Below are positions 16,380 through 24,848 of a stretch of 64,000 nucleotides of DNA, one piece after another (positions within the stretch are counted from its first letter, which is position 1; the number at the start of each line of letters is the position of its first letter). The stretch comes from a virus. A program made the translations under genes and the position numbers. The notes below the pieces were generated by a model, which saw nothing but the letters and a program-made list of their open reading frames with translations, made no database searches and was not told the origin of the DNA. The stretch spans positions 1-64,000 of the IMG/VR virus record IMGVR_UViG_3300032236_001159; one strand, written 5' to 3'.

Positions 16380-18875
16380 CTATATGAAAAATGAGTCAAG
16401 TGTTACCGTTTTTTCTGTTCTCCAACCAATTGAATCCAAAATTACTTTCATTGGCTCCAAAAATGCTTTCTCAAATTGTAAGTCATAATCGATGTATTTG
16501 TCCAGTCCAAATTCTTTTGGAAATTGTTGAATATAAGAAATAACATTTTCTTGAATTGGATTTGGAAGTTTCAAATAGCAAAATTTAATTTTCTCACCAT
16601 TTTGAATTTTTGCATACTTCTTATCTAATTTCCTTTCTTTGATTAGATGATTGTAAAGAATTGCCCCCCTTGCGTGAATTGGAGTTCCTTTACTGTAAAG
16701 AGTTGATGAAGATTTGTATTTATTTACATCAGAAACTGTTCTTGGAAATGATACATCTTCGACTGGAAGTGCGTTAAATGTTTTCCGCGAATTTGATATA
16801 AAAGAAATCAAATCATCTTCTGTTTTTGTCATCACTATTTTAAGTGCGTCTTTAATCATTTGACGACAAGGGGCAGGAGTTGAAGATTTAACAGCTTCAA
16901 TGCCTGTTATTTTAAGTTTAGGTTCTTCATAACGAACACCTTCACTGTCCCAAACATTTAAGATATATCGTTTTTTGGCAGTCCAGATTCCACGTTCCGC
17001 GATATTCTCACGTTTCATTTGCATCTTCTGGTCATATGCATTTACATATTCCGCCAGTTCTTGATAACAACTATCAATATATTTTTCAAGTTCAACTTTA
17101 CAAAGTTTATCTAGAAATGAAACAATATTTTTAGTATCTTTTTCCTTTCCTTTATACACTTTATCAACCAATGGACCTAAGTTAAGATAGATAGAATCTG
17201 TATCAGAAGCAATCACATAATCAATATTATTAGTTTTAAGAATTCTATTCAAGTATAAGTTCATTTTACTTTCAATCCAACGAATGGAAACTTGTCCAGA
17301 CATTGTAATTGCTTCGGCATTTGCTAGTTTATAATACCTGAAATACTGATTTCCAATAGCACCGTAAGCACTATTAAGAGAAATCTTTTTCGCCATTTGG
17401 ATGTTGTTGCATCTTGCAATTTCCTTTTCCAATTCTTTTGTCTTGGTTTTTTCATATTGCTGTTTTGCGACCAACATCTTTTTCTTGAAGATTACACGGT
17501 CATTATACATTTTTTCCATTAATTCAGGAAGAAACCCACGAACATCTTTGCGATACATCGCACCATTCGCACAGACGGCATAATCACTATACTTATCAAA
17601 AGTAATATCTTGATTTAAAATTTTATCAATAGTTACGGAAGGATGTCTTTGTTCAATCAAAGTTTCTGGCGAAATGTTATATTGCATAATCAAATGTGGA
17701 TAAAGCGAATTCAAATCAAAATTAACAACATAATCATACTTTCCTGGAATTGGATCTTTTACATATGCACCAGCAAATTTATCACTCTTTTCAGAATGGT
17801 CTTTGGGAGGAATGACAATATTCCTCTTTTTCAAATAATTATAAATGATAGCATCCCAAGTTCTCACTTGATAGAAAACATCGTTGAAATTTACTTTTGC
17901 GTCATACGCCATCGTAAAACAAAGTTCAATCAACTTCATTTTATCTTCTAGTTGATCTACAAGCTCTACGTCTCGGATATTATAATCAATAAACTTCTGC
18001 CAATCTTTTGTGTAAAAATCCTTAAAGGTCTCAAACTCAGAGTGGTCCAATTTCTGTTGTCCCAATTCCACACTTGCAATATGATCTAGACGATAAGATT
18101 CCTGCGCCTTATAAGTAAATTTCTTATAAAGGTCAAGATAATCAATCACAGAAATCCCAGCAATTTCATAAGAGATTTGCTCTCTTCCTTTAATCACAAG
18201 TTCTTTTCTGCGAATGTTTCCCCAAGGTGAAAGACGATATGCCTCTTTCTCACCTAAGATTCTTTCAATTCTTCCAGCAATATAAGGAATGTCATACAAT
18301 TCACAGTTCCATCCTGTAATCACATCGGGAGTTTCCCTTTCCCAAAATCCAAGAAAGTGTTGGATCAAATCAATTTCATCCTTACACTCAATATATTCAA
18401 CATCCTTACGAGTATTAATATAAGGACGAGAAGCAAAGCACACCAGTTTCTTTGTTGCATAGTTTTGTAGTGTGATTGCTAGAAGTTCTTCCGCACAATC
18501 AAATACATTTGGAAATCCATTCTCGGAGGCAACCTCAATATCAATTGTTACGAGGCGAATTTTCTTAATATCAAACTCAATTTCATCTTCTGGATATGTT
18601 TGTGAAATATATTGTGCTTTATAATTATCATTTCCATATACAGAAAATCCATCAACATTTGAATATTTTTGAAGAAAATCTTTACACTCTGATATTTTTC
18701 CTGGTTGAATCGGTTCTACTGATTCTCCACTCAAAGTTTTATACTTACTTTCTTTTTTTGAGGAGACATAAAAGGTAGGATAAAAATCTTCTATTGATTC
18801 AAAATACTTTCCGTCTTCATACCCTCTCACATAAATTTTATTAAATTTCTCATAAACTGATGTATAAAAACGCAT
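16380..18875 (-). CDS. gp43: Family B DNA polymerase (T4 gp43-like), uninterrupted
   Basis: DIEV exonuclease motif, FDLNSLYPH, KISLNSAYG, SDTDS, KKRY. Confidence 0.97.
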   Translation of the reverse strand: MRFYTSVYEKFNKIYVRGYEDGKYFESIEDFYPTFYVSSKKESKYKTLSGESVEPIQPGKISECKDFLQKYSNVDGFSVYGNDNYKAQYISQTYPEDEIEFDIKKIRLVTIDIEVASENGFPNVFDCAEELLAITLQNYATKKLVCFASRPYINTRKDVEYIECKDEIDLIQHFLGFWERETPDVITGWNCELYDIPYIAGRIERILGEKEAYRLSPWGNIRRKELVIKGREQISYEIAGISVIDYLDLYKKFTYKAQESYRLDHIASVELGQQKLDHSEFETFKDFYTKDWQKFIDYNIRDVELVDQLEDKMKLIELCFTMAYDAKVNFNDVFYQVRTWDAIIYNYLKKRNIVIPPKDHSEKSDKFAGAYVKDPIPGKYDYVVNFDLNSLYPHLIMQYNISPETLIEQRHPSVTIDKILNQDITFDKYSDYAVCANGAMYRKDVRGFLPELMEKMYNDRVIFKKKMLVAKQQYEKTKTKELEKEIARCNNIQMAKKISLNSAYGAIGNQYFRYYKLANAEAITMSGQVSIRWIESKMNLYLNRILKTNNIDYVIASDTDSIYLNLGPLVDKVYKGKEKDTKNIVSFLDKLCKVELEKYIDSCYQELAEYVNAYDQKMQMKRENIAERGIWTAKKRYILNVWDSEGVRYEEPKLKITGIEAVKSSTPAPCRQMIKDALKIVMTKTEDDLISFISNSRKTFNALPVEDVSFPRTVSDVNKYKSSSTLYSKGTPIHARGAILYNHLIKERKLDKKYAKIQNGEKIKFCYLKLPNPIQENVISYIQQFPKEFGLDKYIDYDLQFEKAFLEPMKVILDSIGWRTEKTVTLDSFFI

Positions 18876-18881
18876 TTATCC

Positions 18882-19211
18882 TCATTTGGAAAGTTTTAAA
18901 TATTCTTCGAGTAAATCTTTTTTTGGATCTACTAATGTTAAAATTTTATCAGAACTTAAAGCAATTTCTTTTTCATTTGTATAATCACCAAACAACCAAG
19001 GCACTAGATAATTACCTTCACCGATTCCTTTTTTAATTTGAAAAGGTTTAATTAATAAACAATCAGGTTGCCCAATATCAGCTAAAACTTCCCTTACTTT
19101 ACTGATTAAAACTAATTGATTCGTTAAGATCAATACTTGAATTGTCGTTTCTTCTACTTGCTCGTCCATCGGCAGGTCCATCATTTCCTCTTCCATTAAA
19201 TTTTTCCTCAT
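18882..19211 (-). CDS. Hypothetical protein, Sm-like fold candidate
   Basis: LLIKPF...LVPW...EKEIALSSDKILTLVDP pattern; true start probably MEEEMM, downstream of a GAGGA RBS. Confidence 0.65.
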   Translation of the reverse strand: MRKNLMEEEMMDLPMDEQVEETTIQVLILTNQLVLISKVREVLADIGQPDCLLIKPFQIKKGIGEGNYLVPWLFGDYTNEKEIALSSDKILTLVDPKKDLLEEYLKLSK

Positions 19212-19512
19212 AAGATTTTTTTACCATTTCTACTGGTTCTACAATTGAAACCACCCAATCAGTTCTCACCACAATATCCTTTTCCAAAGATAACGGCAAC
19301 CAAGAAGAAAAGGAAACTTTATATTCCATCTCTGGGGATTCGGCCACATCTTCAACTAAAATTTGTGGAGTGATAAGCTTAACAACATATGGATTTGAAA
19401 ATAAAAGAGAAACTATCTTTTCTTCTTCATTCACAATCTCTTTAATATCGGCAATCACTTCTTCTCCCGATTTAAGAAGTGCTAATTTAATTGACATAAA
19501 ATCTCCATACAT
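19099..19512 (-). CDS. Hypothetical protein, Sm-like fold candidate
   Basis: IKLALLKSGEEVIADI...NPY...SWLPLSLEKDIVVRTDWVVSIVEP; probable start MSIKL. Confidence 0.7.
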   Translation of the reverse strand: MYGDFMSIKLALLKSGEEVIADIKEIVNEEEKIVSLLFSNPYVVKLITPQILVEDVAESPEMEYKVSFSSWLPLSLEKDIVVRTDWVVSIVEPVEMVKKSYEEKFNGRGNDGPADGRASRRNDNSSIDLNESISFNQ

Positions 19513-19518
19513 TCATAT

Positions 19519-19547
19519 AGTATAACAAGAAAAAAGAGGGGTGTCAA
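19519..19547 (-). promoter_or_regulatory. Near-consensus sigma70 promoter for the Sm-like/gp43/uvsX/gp41 operon
   Basis: TTGACA-17 nt-TATACT with TG before the -10. Confidence 0.8.
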
Positions 19548-19573
19548 GACTGATTCTGCCAGTCTTCCCCTCT
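19530..19573 (-). terminator. Long bulged hairpin terminator overlapping the promoter -35
   Basis: AGAGGGG-AAGACTG-loop-CAGTCTT-(GACA bulge)-CCCCTCT followed by a U tract. Confidence 0.75.
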
Positions 19574-19610
19574 GCGGCGACAATAGTTAATTGGGGTAGC
19601 CCACAATTAT

Positions 19611-19772
19611 TTATCTTTTTCTTTTAAATGCACATACTTTTTTATTTGGTGCCATTTTATATTTCACGGTTTTACCATAACAATTAACTGGTTGATCACT
19701 CATCTTTTCATCAGCACCAAAATCACCCTTCATTTCCCGAATTGTCTTCACGAACTCCTGAAATGATTTCAT
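19611..19772 (-). CDS. 53-aa basic peptide with capsid-targeting-like N-terminus (absent from ORF track)
   Basis: Hand translation MKSFQEFVKTIREMKGDFGADEKMSDQPVNCYGKTVKYKMAPNKKVCAFKRKR*; overlaps the hsp20 3' end by 50 nt. Confidence 0.7.
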   Translation of the reverse strand: MKSFQEFVKTIREMKGDFGADEKMSDQPVNCYGKTVKYKMAPNKKVCAFKRKR

Positions 19773-20208
19773 AAACTTTTCTCTTTGGATTCTCTGGAAT
19801 AACTCTATTTAGTTTAATAGTAAGCAATCCATCAATATAAGAAACATCTCCAAGAACTACATCATTAGATAAAGTCCAAGTTCTTTTCAATCTTCTTTTT
19901 GCTATTCCTCTATGAATATATTCTATATCATTTTTGGATTTTTTATCTTCTGCTACATCAAGGGTAAGTATATTTTCTTCTGTAAATACCACAATATCTT
20001 CTTTTTTGTATCCAGCAAGTGCAATTTCTAATCTAAATTTATCACTACTTTCTTTGACTAGATTGTATGGTGGATAATTTGTGTGCGTATCAAAAGCACT
20101 ATCAAATTTTTTAAACCACTCATCCATTCCAATGCTATTTTTCTGTATATCTAACAAATACTTTGCAGTTTCTGGTACTGTCATAGTAAATGAATTTGTT
20201 CCGAACAT
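19723..20208 (-). CDS. hsp20: Small heat-shock protein (Hsp20/IbpA family)
   Basis: NYPPYNL, LEIALAGY, YIHRGIA, DGLLTIKL alpha-crystallin motifs; AGGAGG RBS. Confidence 0.93.
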   Translation of the reverse strand: MFGTNSFTMTVPETAKYLLDIQKNSIGMDEWFKKFDSAFDTHTNYPPYNLVKESSDKFRLEIALAGYKKEDIVVFTEENILTLDVAEDKKSKNDIEYIHRGIAKRRLKRTWTLSNDVVLGDVSYIDGLLTIKLNRVIPENPKRKVYEIISGVREDNSGNEG

Positions 20209-20283
20209 AATAGACCTCCTTAAAGCGTCTGTAAGTGAATAATGTCCCCGAAGGCAACATCACTATTATATATCAGAAATCAT

Positions 20284-20308
20284 AAAAAAAGGGAGTGTTG
20301 AACTCCCT
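20284..20308 (-). terminator. Rho-independent terminator after regA
   Basis: AGGGAGT...ACTCCCT stem plus U tract. Confidence 0.8.
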
Positions 20309-20314
20309 ACAAAA

Positions 20315-20752
20315 TCATTCGGTTTCCTGTGGTTTGGTCTTTTTACCGATATTGTATTTAGTTTCAAGTTCCCATTCACCCTTATCTTTAAATGCAAGAA
20401 CTTTAATTTGATTCAAAGGTGCAATATCAATAATTTTTTCAGGAGAAATTATAGTAATAAGTCCCCAATCAGCAAGAAGTTGAACAATACGATTACGACG
20501 TTGAATATCATTTACCGTAAGATTTGCGTGTTTGCCATCAAGTGCAAATAATTCTTTAAAATGAACAAGATAGTATCTGCCTTGCTTATGAAGAATATGG
20601 CAAGATTGATAGATTTTCTTTTCCTTTCGTGAGGCAACTCCGATACGTGTCAAAGTTTCACGAACTTTCAGGAAGTCATCAGGTTCATTTAGGATCACTT
20701 CTACCATTTGGTCAGGTGTCCAATTTACAACAGGTTCTTGAACTACACTCAT
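20315..20752 (-). CDS. regA: Translational repressor RegA
   Basis: DDFLKVRETLTRIGVAS...QSCHILHKQGRYYLVHFKELFALDG. Confidence 0.96.
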   Translation of the reverse strand: MSVVQEPVVNWTPDQMVEVILNEPDDFLKVRETLTRIGVASRKEKKIYQSCHILHKQGRYYLVHFKELFALDGKHANLTVNDIQRRNRIVQLLADWGLITIISPEKIIDIAPLNQIKVLAFKDKGEWELETKYNIGKKTKPQETE

Positions 20753-21135
20753 TTTGTTCCTCCAGTTTCAAATTTCGCTTTAATAAATGTTAATTGTTCT
20801 TTTGATAGAATAGACAAAGCTTGTAGTGCCTTTTCATTATTATATCCATAATAACGTTTGACATAATCAATATCTTTGATTTTTTCTTTTTTCAACCAAG
20901 GAGAGAATCTCTTCTTTTTCCTAATTATATTTATAAAAAAATCATATTGAAGTCTGTTTGGCAAAAAGTTATACTTATTCATCTCATTTGCATACATTAC
21001 GCAATCAATATGCCCTGAAAGGCAATGGTTAATAATATATGGAGAATAATCTTTTTCTGATGATGGGTCATCACTCATAATATTTTTTTTGTTCTGATTG
21101 ATTGAATTCAACCAATCTTTAAGTTCAATCATCAA
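20749..21135 (-). CDS. gp62: Clamp loader small subunit (gp62)
   Basis: LQYDFFINIIRKKKRFSPW, YYGYN; located upstream of regA. Confidence 0.92.
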   Translation of the reverse strand: MMIELKDWLNSINQNKKNIMSDDPSSEKDYSPYIINHCLSGHIDCVMYANEMNKYNFLPNRLQYDFFINIIRKKKRFSPWLKKEKIKDIDYVKRYYGYNNEKALQALSILSKEQLTFIKAKFETGGTK

Positions 21136-22036
21136 CTAACCCCTCTTTCTTTAATCTATCGTAATTATAACACCCATCAAAACTAAATTGTATTTTAGGA
21201 TTTTTAGTATAATTAAACAATAAAAGTTCCTTTCGTTCTTTTTGTTCCCGCATATATTCACCAACAGAACGCATCGTGTAAGTTAGATCAAATTCCGCAG
21301 CATTCCAGTTTTTGAATCTATCCATTACAAGTTGGTCAGAATTATAACTCACCAATTGATCCATACCATTAGCATCACAATCAGCAGCAAACTTATCGTG
21401 ATCAAATCCTTTATGCATTGACCCCTTACGCCCATAGAGATTATCCTTAATGTCATAAGGAGGATCAAGATACATAAATGCATTCCTATTTCCATCCATT
21501 AGATAATCGTAAGAATAATTAGTTATACGCCATTTCTCAATGATTTTAGAATATTCTGGGAGTTTTTCAATTCCCCTCAAAGAGAAATTTGAATTACTTG
21601 CCTGCACCGAGAATGAAGAACTCTCCGTCAAACCACTAAATGAGCACTTATTAACAATATAAAAAGATACAGCACGACCAAGATTTGAATACATTTCATT
21701 ATTGATATGTCTCTTAGATGATGTAAATAAATCTCTTGCTAGTTCTGGAGTATTATGTTCGGTTTTTAATTCCGCCAATATGTTTTTCATTTCTTCACCA
21801 AATATCTGGAGTTGTTGCCAGAAATTTACAAGAGGTTCATATAAATCATTTACCCAAATATTCAAATTTGGATACCTCTTTGTAATGTGAATGGCAACAC
21901 TTCCACCACCAAGAAATGGTTCCCGAAACTCATCATAATCTCGTAAGTCTGGAAAGTATGGATCCATCTTAACGCAAGCGCGTGACTTACCGCCAGCGTA
22001 GCGCAGCGGCGTTTTGAATTGTTTCAAACTAACCAT
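21125..22036 (-). CDS. dam: DNA adenine methyltransferase (Dam/D12 class)
   Basis: LRYAGGKS, EPFLGGGSV, YLDPPY. Confidence 0.92.
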   Translation of the reverse strand: MVSLKQFKTPLRYAGGKSRACVKMDPYFPDLRDYDEFREPFLGGGSVAIHITKRYPNLNIWVNDLYEPLVNFWQQLQIFGEEMKNILAELKTEHNTPELARDLFTSSKRHINNEMYSNLGRAVSFYIVNKCSFSGLTESSSFSVQASNSNFSLRGIEKLPEYSKIIEKWRITNYSYDYLMDGNRNAFMYLDPPYDIKDNLYGRKGSMHKGFDHDKFAADCDANGMDQLVSYNSDQLVMDRFKNWNAAEFDLTYTMRSVGEYMREQKERKELLLFNYTKNPKIQFSFDGCYNYDRLKKEGLVDD

Positions 22037-22458
22037 ATCAGTTCAGTATTAATGTTTTCATAAATCGTTTCAATTTTTTCCATTCTCCTTTTACCGAGAT
22101 ATGGTTTCATAAGATTAGTCCACAATACAGCAGCCTTACCTCCGATAGTAAAAGTATAAAGTGGTTTCCACCCTTTTTCTTTTTTGCTGGGGACGTGGGT
22201 ATAAGTTACATTTCTATTATCCATAATTTTTGCGACCCTATACACAATATCTTCATCTGCCATTTGAATAGACATTCGCAATTCTGGACTTTGAGTATAT
22301 GTTTTTCCATTAGAATAATTTCTTACTCTTGGTTTTTTATATTCCCAACATCCCTCCCCCTCCCATATTCCAGATATCCAAGCAAGTTCCATTTCAGTTG
22401 GAGGAGTATGTTGGTATTGAGATCTTTTTAATTTCATTTTAAGTATTTCTATTACCAC
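22024..22458 (-). mobile_element. Free-standing single-motif LAGLIDADG-type homing endonuclease gene
   Basis: ELAWISGIWEGEGC motif, then ISIQMAD-like strand and MKPYLGKRR tail; probable ATG at 22437; has its own late promoter. Confidence 0.75.
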
Positions 22459-22633
22459 CTTTATTTATAGGAGGTAACTCTTTATTTTCATAAGTTTTAG
22501 GATGAAAATTACAATACTCGTTAAACACAATCTTACATTCTTTTTGTGTAAGATTGCAGTGCTCTGCTGCTTTTGGAAGATTCCATTTAGCAGAAAAAAG
22601 CATTTCCATTGCTTCTCTTGTTTCAGGTCTCAT
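22439..22633 (-). CDS. Small conserved hypothetical protein
   Basis: MRPETREAMEMLFSAKWNLPKAA...; ATGA overlap with the gp44 stop. Confidence 0.7.
   Translation of the reverse strand: MRPETREAMEMLFSAKWNLPKAAEHCNLTQKECKIVFNEYCNFHPKTYENKELPPINKGGNRNT
22462..22469 (-). promoter_or_regulatory. T4-type late promoter TATAAATA inside a hairpin, upstream of the endonuclease gene
   Basis: Exact consensus flanked by the inverted repeat TTACCTCCT / AGGTGGTAA. Confidence 0.7.
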
Positions 22634-23583
22634 AAGAACTCACACTCCACCATAATTTCAGTCAAACAAGCAAGAAGATTTATCTCCTGATCTGCCACAA
22701 ATCCCCCCTGATACAAATACTTCGCAATAACAAGAACAGCAGCAGGAATACTGGCAGGAACCAAAGATTCATAAAGTGAATCATACACCCTGCGGAGAAT
22801 AACAGAAGAGTCATTATCAAGATTGGATACAACCCATTTACGAACTTCCGTAAAGTTCTTTTCCTTGAGACATTTAATGAGATCATTTACTTTTACGTCA
22901 GAGAACGATGCAAGAATACCAGAATCAATTTCACCACTCACAGAATATCTTTGACATTCATTAAGGACTCTACGCCAATCTGGAAAGTGCTTATTGATCA
23001 GTTCTGCAAGGACTTTCGGATCATATCGGATCCTCTCTTCATCCAAGATGTTTTGAAGACGCTTGAAAAAGGATCCTGCCAACTGGGATTTTTCTTTCCC
23101 TTTGATCGAGAATTCGACAACTGCACATCGGGAGTGAAGTGGTTCGATGATTTTGTTTTTGTAATTACAGGTGAAGATGAATCGACAATTCTTACTAAAT
23201 TCCTCAGTAAACGCCCGTAAGAGGAGTTGAACATCTTTACTTGAATTGTCTGCTTCATCAATGATGATGACTTTGTGTTTAGCATCCGAAGAAAGTGAGA
23301 CGGTCGAAGCGAAGTTCTTCGCATTGTTTCGGACAGTATCGAGGAATCTACCTTCGTCGGATCCGTTAATGACATAAAAATCTACTCCTAACTCATTACA
23401 TAATGCTTTTGCTACAGTTGTCTTGCCGCAACCAGCAGGACCTGCAAGTAGCATATTTGGAATTTCGCCCCTAGTTACAAAGTCACTAAAAGTTTTCTTA
23501 ATACCTTCTGGGAGAATACAGTCCTCAATTTTACGAGGTCTGTATCGTTCCACCCACAAGAAGTCAGTTCTGTCTATGTTCAT
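22630..23583 (-). CDS. gp44: Clamp loader large subunit (gp44)
   Basis: LWVERYRP, GPAGCGKTT, IIDEAD, PLHSRC. Confidence 0.96.
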   Translation of the reverse strand: MNIDRTDFLWVERYRPRKIEDCILPEGIKKTFSDFVTRGEIPNMLLAGPAGCGKTTVAKALCNELGVDFYVINGSDEGRFLDTVRNNAKNFASTVSLSSDAKHKVIIIDEADNSSKDVQLLLRAFTEEFSKNCRFIFTCNYKNKIIEPLHSRCAVVEFSIKGKEKSQLAGSFFKRLQNILDEERIRYDPKVLAELINKHFPDWRRVLNECQRYSVSGEIDSGILASFSDVKVNDLIKCLKEKNFTEVRKWVVSNLDNDSSVILRRVYDSLYESLVPASIPAAVLVIAKYLYQGGFVADQEINLLACLTEIMVECEFL

Positions 23584-23626
23584 AATTTAAATAAAGTTCA
23601 AAGGTAATAATAATTTGTGAATAATC

Positions 23627-23866
23627 TCAACCTCTGGTTGCTCTTACTTTTTCGATAGAAAATGACTCATTTGGTACAAGAATTTTCATATAAAAAACAA
23701 TAAGTTCTTCTTTTCCTTCTTCATTTATTTTAATCCGACTTTCGTCTGGTGTTTGAAGTTGTTTGTTTATTCCTTCCCAACAATCATAGTCATACTTTCC
23801 AGGTCGTTGATTATCAAATACTTCTTGAATAGTATCGATTTGTTCTTGTGTTAATTTAAAAGTCAT
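23627..23866 (-). CDS. Hypothetical protein
   Basis: ORF fills the gap and is co-oriented; no motif recognised. Confidence 0.55.
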   Translation of the reverse strand: MTFKLTQEQIDTIQEVFDNQRPGKYDYDCWEGINKQLQTPDESRIKINEEGKEELIVFYMKILVPNESFSIEKVRATRG

Positions 23867-23882
23867 AGTTAGTTAAATAAGT

Positions 23883-24314
23883 TTAATGGTCAAATCTATC
23901 ATAACCTTCATCAGGAAAGGTTGCAAATCGTACTTTATACTGTTGTGTTTCATCAATAATCTGTAAAGAGTATAAAAATAATTTTTCATAATATTCTTTA
24001 TAACGATTTATTCCTAGGAATAAATCTTCAATAGTGTCAAAATTGCGACTTTTTGACACTATTGGATATTCTCGTTGTCTTTTTTCACAAAAATATAAAT
24101 TATTTGGAGAACAAATGAAATGGTCAAATAATGAACAAATTTTAATTATTTCATCTTTTGGTGGATCAATAGTTTTGACTCCAGATCCACCAAATCGATC
24201 AAATTCCCATCCATTTATAATTTCCCTTTTACGATTTTCAAAAAATAACCGATACCAAGTTTCAAAAGAAGTTAAATGCTTATCGTTGCTGTTTATTTTC
24301 ATGGTTAAATCCAT
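23883..24314 (-). CDS. Hypothetical protein
   Basis: ORF fills the gap and overlaps the upstream stop; no motif recognised. Confidence 0.55.
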   Translation of the reverse strand: MDLTMKINSNDKHLTSFETWYRLFFENRKREIINGWEFDRFGGSGVKTIDPPKDEIIKICSLFDHFICSPNNLYFCEKRQREYPIVSKSRNFDTIEDLFLGINRYKEYYEKLFLYSLQIIDETQQYKVRFATFPDEGYDRFDH

Positions 24315-24832
24315 TCGGGTTTTCTTTCGGGAATACGAAGATAATTATCCTTCACCCAAGGTTTGGAGGCAATATACATTTTGTAGGCAGTGAATGTATC
24401 AATGCTTTCATCAAGTTTGTATTCGTCAGGCATTGCCCTTGTGAATTCTACCACATTATTGTAGATGTGAAGACTTTTGCCAGAGTTATCAAGAAAGATA
24501 ACTTCTGCTGCTTGAAGACCATCGAAGCAAGCATGAATTTTGCCATAACGATGCCGATACTCATTACACAGGGCATACCCGTGCCGAATCAACCAGGCAA
24601 GGTTCTCATGGGATTTTGCTGCCCATTGAGTACAGGGATGATTACGGAAGGCACCTTTCTCCGTATTATAAGGGGTGCCATCCTTCTTGGGAATGGTTCC
24701 CCAATTATAATACCACTTGGAGTAGATGATAGAAATTAGTTGACATGTCTCCAAGGGCATTTTCACTATATGTTTGTCAGGAAGTGCCACAGCAGAAAGA
24801 ACTGGGCACTGATCATTCACAAAGATGTTCAT
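24305..24832 (-). CDS. Pyrimidine-dimer DNA glycosylase / endonuclease V-like protein
   Basis: MNIF...DKHIVKMPLETCQL, NHPCTQW, EYRHRYGKIH motifs. Confidence 0.75.
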   Translation of the reverse strand: MNIFVNDQCPVLSAVALPDKHIVKMPLETCQLISIIYSKWYYNWGTIPKKDGTPYNTEKGAFRNHPCTQWAAKSHENLAWLIRHGYALCNEYRHRYGKIHACFDGLQAAEVIFLDNSGKSLHIYNNVVEFTRAMPDEYKLDESIDTFTAYKMYIASKPWVKDNYLRIPERKPEWI

Positions 24833-24848
24833 AATATAAAAAATAAAA

